Below are positions 47,762 through 55,431 of a stretch of 58,575 nt of DNA, piece by piece. The position numbers were made by a program, and so were the translations under genes. The stretch's first letter is position 1. Every line of letters starts with the position of its first letter. The notes under the pieces were generated by a model. The model did not search any database and was not told where the DNA came from. It saw only the letters and a program-made list of their open reading frames with translations. Origin of the DNA: Candidatus Altiarchaeota archaeon (GTDB lineage: Archaea; Altiarchaeota; Altiarchaeia; IMC4; QMZM01); the NCBI GenBank assembly GCA_030609775.1, contig JAUWTD010000001.1, positions 1 to 58,575 on the forward strand. Direction: 5' to 3'.

Positions 47762-48283
47762 ATGAAAAAATTAGTTGTTGTTGCTCTGCTTTTATTAGTC
47801 TGCGGATGCATAGGAGAAGAAAAAATCGTATGCAATAAACCCTACATACACGTTGGCAGCAATTGTTGCCTGGATATAAACGATAATATGATATGTGATA
47901 TAGATGAGGCAACCACTACAACCATACATGATATGCCCAAATCCTTCCAGGAGGTATTTAGAATAGTAAAGGAACACCCAGATATTGAGTTAATAGTTGA
48001 AGACTATGGCTGCGACCCCTTCACATGGGATAGGGTTGGCCCGATGATACGGATAAAGGATTGGAAGGCGGTTGAGTGCTCAGACGGAGGCTCAGACGAA
48101 GATTTTTGCAGCGACTTTACAAAAGGAGACGACGCAGGTGAAAACGAAAAAGATGACATAGAAAAACTGTTTGGAAGAGAACTTGAAGACTTCTATGCCT
48201 TCAGATACCTATGCAAGGAGAGAGTGGAACTGGTAGTATTCCTAGACCCCTCTACAGGAGAAATAGCCACATTGAGACAATAA
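47762..48283 (+). CDS. Lipobox secreted protein, tandem paralogue 2 (short Thr tract)
   Basis: 173 aa. The N-terminal 30 aa are nearly identical to paralogue 1, and the C-domain is collinear (IVKEHP.I...VED..CDPFTWDRVGPMIR.KDW..VECS.GG.D.DFC). Confidence 0.6.
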   Translation: MKKLVVVALLLLVCGCIGEEKIVCNKPYIHVGSNCCLDINDNMICDIDEATTTTIHDMPKSFQEVFRIVKEHPDIELIVEDYGCDPFTWDRVGPMIRIKDWKAVECSDGGSDEDFCSDFTKGDDAGENEKDDIEKLFGRELEDFYAFRYLCKERVELVVFLDPSTGEIATLRQ

Positions 48284-48538
48284 ATTCCACAATTGCAGAG
48301 TAAGAGATTACCCACAAAAAAAAAAAAATGTAAACAGATCATAAACACAACATACAACCAATCATCGCCAAGGCTTGATGACACCAAAATATAAAAAAAA
48401 AGGTTAGTGTAAACAGATAGTATCATCGTTAACGTTTGATGACACCTAAAATAAAACAGAATAATAGAAAAACTGTTGCAGTGGGGCTAAGCGACAGCGT
48501 ACGCCCCACCTGTTTTGATCAAACTTTTCTTAAAAGTT

Positions 48539-48622
48539 TGCGGGGGAAGGGATTCGAACCCTCGAAGGTCTACACCACAGGATCTTAAGTCCTGCCCCTT
48601 TGGCCAGCTAGGGTACCCCCGC
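48539..48622 (-). tRNA. tRNA-Leu (anticodon UAA), class II with a long variable arm
   Basis: Reverse complement: gcgggggta-ccct-agctggccaa-aggg-g-cagga-ctTAAga-tcctg-tggtgtagaccttcga-gaggg-ttcgaat-ccctt-cccccgc-a. The 7-bp acceptor stem, GGTTCGAATCC T-arm and 84-nt length fit. No CCA is encoded. Confidence 0.85.
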
Positions 48623-48706
48623 AAAAGAGGAAATTGAATTTTTTTTTGATTGAATGTGATTTGTTTTGGGGATGCAACACCTTTTTCTAAAGGGGGTTGC
48701 AATCCA

Positions 48707-48737
48707 GCCCCTTTGGTCAGCTAGGGTACCCCCGCAA
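48707..48737 (-). other. Partial duplicate of the tRNA-Leu 5' portion (nt 1-29 plus 2 upstream nt)
   Basis: gcccctttgg(t/c)cagctagggtacccccgcaa at 48707-48737 versus 48594-48624: 30 of 31 identical, offset 113 nt. Beyond it the sequence diverges and no 3' half follows. Confidence 0.8.
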
Positions 48738-48980
48738 CCCGCGAAATCGGTTGACGTTTTGTGTCCGTCTTTGCCTTTTGGCTCGACAAGACTGTTTTCG
48801 AGGTTGTGTTCTTATAATATAGAGTTCGCATTAAAAAACGGGGAAACAAGAGCAGGGAGGCATGAAATCTGCGGCTTTAGTTCACCTGTTTTTCTGAGTA
48901 GAATATATCAGAGAAGATGATCGAAAAGGAGAGATAAAGATAGGGAAAAGAATCTCTGCAATTCAACTCACTGCTCCGGG

Positions 48981-49033
48981 AGATGGCCGGAGAGTGGGAG
49001 GGCTATGGTCTCGACGGCGAGGATGAGAAGGCA
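48981..49033 (+). repeat. Degenerate direct repeat Y, copy 1 (left of the AbiE module)
   Basis: agatggccggagagtgggagggctatggtctcgacggcgaggatgagaaggca versus 50756-50807 agatggcaggcgaatggcaggccatgaccacgacagcgaggatgagaaaaca. Roughly three quarters identical, with one 1-nt indel. Confidence 0.6.
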
Positions 49034-49076
49034 GGTAATGAGTGGGGTGGGGGATGGATGAATGAATAAAGGCAAG

Positions 49077-49133
49077 TTATATACTTGTAATTTAAATTAT
49101 ATGTATATACATTTTATATACTTATGATTTAAA
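49077..49133 (+). promoter_or_regulatory. Two 20-nt direct repeats immediately upstream of abiEi (candidate operator/promoter)
   Basis: ttatatacttgtaatttaaa (49077-49096) and ttatatacttatgatttaaa (49114-49133), the latter ending at the ATG. The function is inferred. Confidence 0.4.
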
Positions 49134-49763
49134 ATGAGTTACGCCTTGTTAGTCAAGAAAATAGAACGAATGGGGGGAAAATACCTCACCCGAAAAGAGC
49201 TGAAATCGTTCACAGACGAATTAGGTTTAGGTTATCGTCCAGCCATAGGCTACCTGAACACATACAAATACATTATAAGGATTATTCGAGGGATTTTTTA
49301 CGTCAAAACCATTGAAGAACGAAAACTAGATGCTCTGAAGATAAATTATCTCGAAGCCATAAAGGAGGCTTTAATTATGAAGAAGGTTAGTAACTGGTAT
49401 TTCGGACTCGAAACAGCATCCTCCCTAAATAATCTAACCCACGAATACATTCCAACAACATCTGTTATATCTGATACCCTCGGCAGGCCTAAACCATTTG
49501 AGATATTGGGCCATAAAGTCAAGTTCATAAAAGTGTCAAAGAATCTCTTCGGTTTTGGGGTTGTTAAGGGAGATATTCCCTACTCCGACCCAGAGAAAAC
49601 AGTCCTTGACATGATATACCTCGGCAAATACAATAGTCTAACAGAAGCAGAGATAATAGGCAAGATCGCTGACTTGACAAAATATTGCTCCAAAGAAAAA
49701 ATGGAAGCCTATGCCGACAAGTATCCGAAGTCGGTGAAAAAGGTTTTGGAGAAGCTAAAGTGA
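49134..49763 (+). CDS. AbiEi-family antitoxin / transcriptional regulator
   Basis: 209 aa. N-terminal wHTH-like region with LTRKELK...Y.....YL...YIIRIIRGIFYV (the l.Ri.RGvY pattern). Directly followed by an AbiEii gene. Confidence 0.65.
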   Translation: MSYALLVKKIERMGGKYLTRKELKSFTDELGLGYRPAIGYLNTYKYIIRIIRGIFYVKTIEERKLDALKINYLEAIKEALIMKKVSNWYFGLETASSLNNLTHEYIPTTSVISDTLGRPKPFEILGHKVKFIKVSKNLFGFGVVKGDIPYSDPEKTVLDMIYLGKYNSLTEAEIIGKIADLTKYCSKEKMEAYADKYPKSVKKVLEKLK

Positions 49764-50683
49764 AAGTAACAAAAGAACTGGTTGATTATCTGGCAAGTAA
49801 GGCAGACGTCAAACAGAGGGAGCTGATAGAAAAAGACGCATACCTCCACCTGCTATTGAAAGAATTAAACTCAGACGACCACTTCAGGAACAATTACGTG
49901 TTTAAGGGTGGAACCTGCCTAATAAAGTGCTATATAGGCTACTATCGGTTCAGCGAAGACCTTGATTTCAGCTACATACGACAAGAAGATTTCAAAGACA
50001 AATCCGAAAAAAAGATACGGAAACAATTATCTGAGGAAATAGGTGAGTTCACAAGGAAACTGGAGAGAATAACCGATAGAATAGGTATCGACTTCAAGGC
50101 GCACAAGGAAGACCCCCACTACATTGAATTCGGCGGCAGCAACAAGTTCGTCACATTCAAATTATGGTACACCTCCATTGAACTGAAAACCACACAGTTC
50201 ATAAAGATACAAGTCAACTACGTTGAAAAATTCAATTATGCATTCAAAACCGTGGAGGCGAAAAACATCCTCACAGGAATAGATGCCAAGGAATTCAGGT
50301 TCCTGTACCCGGAAGCTGCAGAAACCCTGCTGAAAAACCCTAAGGTCAAAGCATATGATATAAGAGAGATACTAGCCGAAAAAGTAAGAGCCATTCTCAC
50401 AAGACAAGGAATAAAAACCAGGGATTACGTCGACATTTACATGATACAGGAACACACCGAATTCAAGCCAGACGAGATGAAAAACACGATACTTGAAAAA
50501 ACAGAGTTCATGCTCAGATACGAAAAATACCAGAGGAACCTGCTAAAAAAAGTCGAAGAAGAACCAAAATACCGGCCTGGCGAAGAAGAAAGACTGATGA
50601 TCAAACCACTGGATAAATACTTCCCTCATAAAACAAAGAAACTAGAAAAACTCATACATGAACTCGCAAACCAACTGGTGTAA
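49760..50683 (+). CDS. AbiEii/AbiGii-family nucleotidyltransferase toxin
   Basis: YVFKGGTCLIKCYIGYYRFSEDLDFSY is the family signature (FKGGTAL...RfSeDlDF). The start is placed at GTG 49760, a GTGA overlap with the abiEi stop. The ORF-track ATG at 49685 is an alternative. Confidence 0.8.
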   Translation: MKVTKELVDYLASKADVKQRELIEKDAYLHLLLKELNSDDHFRNNYVFKGGTCLIKCYIGYYRFSEDLDFSYIRQEDFKDKSEKKIRKQLSEEIGEFTRKLERITDRIGIDFKAHKEDPHYIEFGGSNKFVTFKLWYTSIELKTTQFIKIQVNYVEKFNYAFKTVEAKNILTGIDAKEFRFLYPEAAETLLKNPKVKAYDIREILAEKVRAILTRQGIKTRDYVDIYMIQEHTEFKPDEMKNTILEKTEFMLRYEKYQRNLLKKVEEEPKYRPGEEERLMIKPLDKYFPHKTKKLEKLIHELANQLV

Positions 50684-50755
50684 AACATCCAGTTACCCTA
50701 ACACACAGTGGAAACCTTAGCAGTAAAGCCTCGCCTTTTAGTATGATGCTTCAGA

Positions 50756-50807
50756 AGATGGCAGGCGAATGGCAGGCCATGACCACGACAGCGAGGATGA
50801 GAAAACA
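50756..50807 (+). repeat. Degenerate direct repeat Y, copy 2 (right of the AbiE module)
   Basis: See 48981-49033. Confidence 0.6.
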
Positions 50808-50905
50808 TACAAGGGGGGATAATGGAAAAGGAGAAGGAAAGGGAAATAATGAGGCTTGAAAGACTATAGAGGGAGCAGTATCTGAGATAGATCGACTTAG
50901 GGTTA

Positions 50906-51394
50906 TTAATGGATGTTTTTGATTCTTTTCTGCAGGTCTTCTCTGATATCTTGTGTCTCTTTTTCAGTTATTTCAGCGAGGATCGTTTTGCATTTCAAAT
51001 GGAAGTCCAAAGCGGCATCAGTCATCTCTTCGCGTGTTTTGTCGTCTAAGCCGGTCTCACAATAGTATTGAGCCTCTATTCGAGCAGAGCAGGAGTCTTC
51101 AAGAAGCCTTATCTCGTCAGCGGTGAAGTGTTTGCTCAGGTAGACCTGCATAAATTCCAACGTACAGGAATGTATCTCACATTTGACGCCCAACCTCATG
51201 AGTATCGCATACAAGCTAAAATACATCGCGTAGTAGCTGGATGATATCTCCCATTCCGGATTATCTGCGTTGGCTCGCATAGACGCAAGAGCATTCTCCG
51301 CCTTTACGAGATACGCACGGCTCAGGTTTTCACTTAATTTCACAAGCTCCATGCCCCTCTTCTGCCTCAGACACCACCGTATCTTATCTGCCAT
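50906..51394 (-). CDS. HEPN-domain protein (toxin partner of the upstream MNT)
   Basis: 162 aa, all-helical. A..A..SM......EW.ISSSYYAMYFSLYAIL...G.....H and SARIEAQYY (the R-x3-a-x-Y HEPN variant). 11-nt overlap with the MNT gene. Confidence 0.65.
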   Translation of the reverse strand: MADKIRWCLRQKRGMELVKLSENLSRAYLVKAENALASMRANADNPEWEISSSYYAMYFSLYAILMRLGVKCEIHSCTLEFMQVYLSKHFTADEIRLLEDSCSARIEAQYYCETGLDDKTREEMTDAALDFHLKCKTILAEITEKETQDIREDLQKRIKNIH

Positions 51395-51980
51395 AGTAGT
51401 CGCCTAACACAAGCTCCAGGTACTCTTCCGTGCCTCGCAGGATGATGTGATCTGAAACCACCTCCCTGATAAAAATGTCCTTCTCCTTCAACGCCTCCCT
51501 GAAGTTTTCCCTACTCATCTGCTTGACGTTTAAATCCATGCCATAAAGTCTGGCTGCTTCCCTGAGTTTAAGGGCATTATATTCCCCTGCAACGAAGACA
51601 TCCAAGTCAGAATCCTTTTTCTGGATCCCTTTAGCATAACTACCAAACACCATAACTATCCCGCTGAAAAACGAACTTGTCTTGGAGAAGACTTCCTTGA
51701 CCCTAAGGTTCCCTTCCAGAAAACATAGAGTTCGCGCGTTCTCCACACCCAGAAGGAACCGCCGAGTCTTCTCCAGGTCATCGAAGCGGAGCCTGAACTC
51801 CTTATTCTTGCCGACTGTGCTGCTCCTAAGGAAACCCTCATCCTCCAGCCGGTTAAGTACGTTGGAAACAGTTTTCTGATTAAGCCCGCTAGCCTTAGCT
51901 ATGGCGCTGCCATAGTAGCTGCCGCTTAAATCACGTACAAAATGCTCCATCACCTGCAATACAACACCATTAAATAACAT
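51384..51980 (-). CDS. wHTH-fused minimal nucleotidyltransferase (MNT antitoxin-type)
   Basis: 198 aa. N-terminal wHTH (IAKASGLNQKTVSNVLNRLEDEGFL), then VMVFGSYAKGIQKKDSDLDVFV (the GS-x-a-x-G...D-x-D motif). Confidence 0.75.
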   Translation of the reverse strand: MLFNGVVLQVMEHFVRDLSGSYYGSAIAKASGLNQKTVSNVLNRLEDEGFLRSSTVGKNKEFRLRFDDLEKTRRFLLGVENARTLCFLEGNLRVKEVFSKTSSFFSGIVMVFGSYAKGIQKKDSDLDVFVAGEYNALKLREAARLYGMDLNVKQMSRENFREALKEKDIFIREVVSDHIILRGTEEYLELVLGDYYGR

Positions 51981-52046
51981 CTTACTTACATAAGTATAAG
52001 ATTACTACAATAAAAAAAACAACAACAACCAAAAGGTTAGCATCAT

Positions 52047-52119
52047 ACACAATGTTATCATTCAATAAAGCGTGAATTGATTCTCGGTCGCGTGTACGGC
52101 AGGGACAGAAGCAGGGTAT
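52047..52119 (+). repeat. Direct repeat X, copy flanking the 3' side of the Fic gene
   Basis: The core gtgaattgattctcggtcgcgtgtacggcagggacagaagcagggtat (52072-52119) matches 53529-53576 at 44 of 48 positions. Weaker similarity extends about 25 nt upstream (acacaatg..attcaa). Confidence 0.8.
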
Positions 52120-52179
52120 TTCACTGCAAGATAAAAGAATCTTTTGAAATAAAGAGTGAGAGCGGGCGTAGGAGCGAGG

Positions 52180-53376
52180 TTATTGAGTGTGTGTTTTTAT
52201 GTGTTTTTGCATGATTTTTTTGTGTTCGCTGTTGCAGAATTTTATGAATTCCATTGAGTCGGTATTTCTCGCCTCTTCAAGCAGGTTGAAATACTGGTTT
52301 CTTTTATCAGGGTCATAGGCGAACAGAGGCAGATTTTTCTTTAACAGTATCCATGAGTGTAAGAGCCGGGCCATTCTGCCATTTCCATCCTGGAAAGGGT
52401 GTATGCTAACGAACATCAGATGCGCCAGGGGTGCGATAAACAGGGGATTTGATGTAGCGTATTTTCTAATGAAATTTATTAACGCTTTCACTGCCGAATC
52501 CACAACCTCCCTTGAATCAGGCGGCTTGTGTGCTGAACCTATAATCCGTTTCCTGCCGTAATAGTATTCTCCCAGCTTATCCACCAGATTGTTCATGAGT
52601 ATAGCATGCAACGCCAAAAGCTTCTCTTCAGACACATCATCTTTTGAATACTGGAGTAATCTCTCCAATGCCTTCTCTGTATTCACTATCTCTATCACCT
52701 CATGAGGGGTTAGTTTAACTGGCCGGTTCTCCAATACTTTTTGAACATCCTCTTCGATTGCCGTATTCCCTTCAGTTACTGTAGTAGAATACGTGTGCAG
52801 CCGGATCAAGTCTTGCATCAGCTTCTCAGAATGCACCTCAAACATAGGTTCTAAAGGATGTTCTTTTTCATATTCGCTGAAGCTTAATTCCAGATGGTTT
52901 ATGTAGTAAAGTGTGTGGTCGTTGATATTAACCTCCAAAATCAATGGTTTTTCTTTCACTTTACTCAAGAAACCGTTTTCTAATAGTATGTGAACATACC
53001 TTAGTGTCGTGGGCTTCGACTTTTTCAGTTGACCCATCAGATCATTTAAGGTTTTCTTACCATCCAGGACTGCACCAAATAATGTGGAAACTCCCTTACC
53101 TAAGAGAATGTTGTAGTCCCTGTTCTTGAGGATACTCCAATAAATGAAAGCCAACATATCCCACAAACGAGAGTTATCGGCGTTAACCTCCAAAAGACCG
53201 CACTTCTCTAGGACATATCTTTGATTTTTTAGAACCCGTATCCGCGCATAGACTAGTCCACTAGTTATTTTCTCAAATCTGGCGTCACCCCTAACCAATT
53301 TGATGAAAGATTCTCTGTCAATCTTGCCTGCATGACATAATTTCAACAAAACATCGTATTCAGTTAATTTAACCAT
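52180..53376 (-). CDS. Fic-family protein (AMPylase-type motif) with a long N-terminal wHTH-like region
   Basis: HPFQDGNGRMARLL is the canonical HxFx(D/E)GNGRxxR Fic motif. The start is set at ATG 53376 (MVKLTEYD) because a TATA-like tttaaata box at 53403-53410 would overlap the GTG at 53400, which suggests a leaderless mRNA. Confidence 0.8.
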   Translation of the reverse strand: MVKLTEYDVLLKLCHAGKIDRESFIKLVRGDARFEKITSGLVYARIRVLKNQRYVLEKCGLLEVNADNSRLWDMLAFIYWSILKNRDYNILLGKGVSTLFGAVLDGKKTLNDLMGQLKKSKPTTLRYVHILLENGFLSKVKEKPLILEVNINDHTLYYINHLELSFSEYEKEHPLEPMFEVHSEKLMQDLIRLHTYSTTVTEGNTAIEEDVQKVLENRPVKLTPHEVIEIVNTEKALERLLQYSKDDVSEEKLLALHAILMNNLVDKLGEYYYGRKRIIGSAHKPPDSREVVDSAVKALINFIRKYATSNPLFIAPLAHLMFVSIHPFQDGNGRMARLLHSWILLKKNLPLFAYDPDKRNQYFNLLEEARNTDSMEFIKFCNSEHKKIMQKHIKTHTQ

Positions 53377-53498
53377 ACCATGATATATTAAAGAAAACAC
53401 ATATTTAAATACAATTATCTGCTATAAAATACCAAAAAATTTTACTATAGTAAGGTATAATAACATTTTTAACAATTACAGAAAACCCGATAAAAAAA

Positions 53499-53576
53499 AC
53501 ACAATGATTCAAAAAAAAATGAAAAGCTGTGAATTAATTCTCGGTCGCCTGTACAGCAGGGACAGAAGCAAGGTAT
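53499..53576 (+). repeat. Direct repeat X, copy flanking the 5' side of the Fic gene
   Basis: See 52047-52119. Confidence 0.8.
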
Positions 53577-53624
53577 GATTTATTCTGTTAAATAAATGCG
53601 TCGCCAAATAAATAATTGATACTA

Positions 53625-54692
53625 ATGGAGTCCAAGATAAGGGAATTAATTGATTCAAGCCGGAGGGTGATTTTAGATTGCTGTCTTGAGAATGGGGCTA
53701 TTGTTGCTGCGAATTGTGTGAAACCCTATTATCCACGTGATGTGAAAAACTATTTTTATGTGTGGCCAAGGGATGCATCCTACACGTGCATGGCAGCAGA
53801 TGTTTTAGGTTTAGATGATGTAGCTGAGAGATTCTTTGATTGGATTATAGACCGAGCCGAAGGATGGCAGGAAACGGGTTTACTTTATGAAAAATATTAT
53901 CCCAACGGATTAAAGGCTTTAAACCGGTTCCAGCCAGACCAGACCGGGACACTGCTTTACGCTGCAGGCTGCCACTTTAAAGATAAAAAAATGCCTGACA
54001 GATACAGGAAACTGGTTACTGATTCGGCTGAAGGATTATGCCGAGTATGGAATAAAGACCACTTCACAGAAATTACAAACGATTTATGGGAGGAAAGGCT
54101 GACGTTCCCCGACCTCAAAGAAAACTTCTCTTATTCTCTTGCAGCGTGCATAGGCGGCCTGATATCTGCAGACCAGATACTTCCCAATGAGAGATATGTG
54201 AGAACCGCAGACGAGATGAAGAAGACATTATTGGATAATGCAGAGGAAAAAGGTTTTTTTCAGCGGTCTTTTGGCAGATTAGATGATGCGAGAATAGATG
54301 CCAGCCTTTTAGGGGTGATATGGCCTTTTAGGGTGGTTGATGCAGATAATCCCTTAGCTAAACAGACTGTAGGATTGATCGAAGAAAAACTCGTCAAAGA
54401 TTATGGAGTCTATAGATACGAGAACGATGAATATGATGGATGGATCCTTGAAGGATTACATAGAAACAAAGGCGCCGGATTCTGGCCTCTTCTAAATTAC
54501 TGGATGAGCACTATATTAAATATGATGGGTGAAAAAGAGAAGGCTAAGAGATACTATTGGAAGGCTGCAGAATCATCAAGTGAATACATACCTGAACAAG
54601 TATTTGATAACAGAATACAGAAATCAGTATGTCCCCTGTGCTGGAGCCATACGATGTTTGTTCTAGCGTCAAAGGAGCTTGAGTTAATATGA
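53625..54692 (+). CDS. Glycoside hydrolase family 15-like protein (glucoamylase-related catalytic domain only)
   Basis: About 355 aa with YVWPRDASYT, NDLWEER and YENDEY.G......GAGFWPLLN.WM, consistent with the GH15 (alpha/alpha)6 domain. Confidence 0.7.
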   Translation: MESKIRELIDSSRRVILDCCLENGAIVAANCVKPYYPRDVKNYFYVWPRDASYTCMAADVLGLDDVAERFFDWIIDRAEGWQETGLLYEKYYPNGLKALNRFQPDQTGTLLYAAGCHFKDKKMPDRYRKLVTDSAEGLCRVWNKDHFTEITNDLWEERLTFPDLKENFSYSLAACIGGLISADQILPNERYVRTADEMKKTLLDNAEEKGFFQRSFGRLDDARIDASLLGVIWPFRVVDADNPLAKQTVGLIEEKLVKDYGVYRYENDEYDGWILEGLHRNKGAGFWPLLNYWMSTILNMMGEKEKAKRYYWKAAESSSEYIPEQVFDNRIQKSVCPLCWSHTMFVLASKELELI

Positions 54693-55423
54693 TATGCGAC
54701 TTTGAGTTAAGTGACAGGGTTAATAAGGATATAGGCGAGAAAAAAATCATCTCTATTGTGTGTGAATGCAGCATAGAATACAGTGGACGATCAAAATCAC
54801 AGATAGGGACAGGACACCGCATAATATTGATTAAACAGGATTCCACCTTACTGATACATGGATTATCAGGGTATAAGCCCATAAATTGGATGAGTCCGCC
54901 GATGGAAACTGTAGCAGAATTCAGCGAGGAACTTCTGTTATACAGCCAGAGGACAAAAAAACCCTTTGAAGAGATGAGGATAAGGGTCCATAAGGTGCTG
55001 AATTATCAGGCATATTCAGACCTAAGAGATGGAAGTAAGCTTTCTGTAACACACACAGAAAAGGATCTGCAGGATTACCTAGTCAAGAATCAGGAATTGG
55101 TGCATCCCAGCTTCCGGCTTAGGAAAGCAGAATATAGCACACCACTTGGATACTTTGACTTATATGGCAAGGTAGGTGACACCTATGTTGTAGTTGAGTT
55201 AAAGGCTGAGAGGGCAGGGTTACCTGCCGCATTACAGATTAAGAGATACACTGAATGGCTCAAAGAGCATGTGAATCCTGCACGAGGGATCCTCGTAGCC
55301 CCAAGCATAACACCAAATGCTATGCTAATCCTCAACAAAGCAGGGATAGAATACAAAAAAATAGATATAAAAAAAATAGAAGTCAAACATAGAAAAGAGA
55401 AAACACTCAATGAATGGTGCTAA
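54689..55423 (+). CDS. nucS: Endonuclease NucS/EndoMS
   Basis: 244 aa. N-terminal beta-domain, then YFDLYGKVGDTYVVVELKAERAGLPAALQIKRY (RecB-like D...E-x-K core). ATGA overlap with the GH15-like gene. Confidence 0.85.
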   Translation: MICDFELSDRVNKDIGEKKIISIVCECSIEYSGRSKSQIGTGHRIILIKQDSTLLIHGLSGYKPINWMSPPMETVAEFSEELLLYSQRTKKPFEEMRIRVHKVLNYQAYSDLRDGSKLSVTHTEKDLQDYLVKNQELVHPSFRLRKAEYSTPLGYFDLYGKVGDTYVVVELKAERAGLPAALQIKRYTEWLKEHVNPARGILVAPSITPNAMLILNKAGIEYKKIDIKKIEVKHRKEKTLNEWC

Positions 55424-55431
55424 AAAAAAGA

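Noticed and set aside
48360-48460. C/D-box sRNA suggested by two ttgatgac (UGAUGA-like) motifs
   Set aside because: No CUGA D/D' boxes lie at the required spacing on either strand.
48660-48740. A second tRNA gene (anticodon-loop-like ttGCAac, Cys) or a split/intron-containing tRNA upstream of tRNA-Leu
   Set aside because: Only the acceptor 5' strand, the D-arm and half of an anticodon stem are present. No complementary tccag, T-arm or acceptor 3' strand was found in the sequence immediately 3' of the fragment on its own strand, which runs straight into the tRNA-Leu gene.
49685-49759. ATG at 49685 as the AbiEii start (79-nt overlap with abiEi)
   Set aside because: GTG at 49760 gives the GTGA stop/start coupling used repeatedly in this window, and it begins just before the conserved N-terminal region. 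The upstream extension has no family similarity. This remains uncertain.
48740-53620. Integrase, transposase or other recombinase within the tRNA-associated island
   Set aside because: All ORFs of 60 aa or more in the island are accounted for (AbiEi, AbiEii, HEPN, MNT, Fic), and none shows tyrosine/serine recombinase or DDE motifs.
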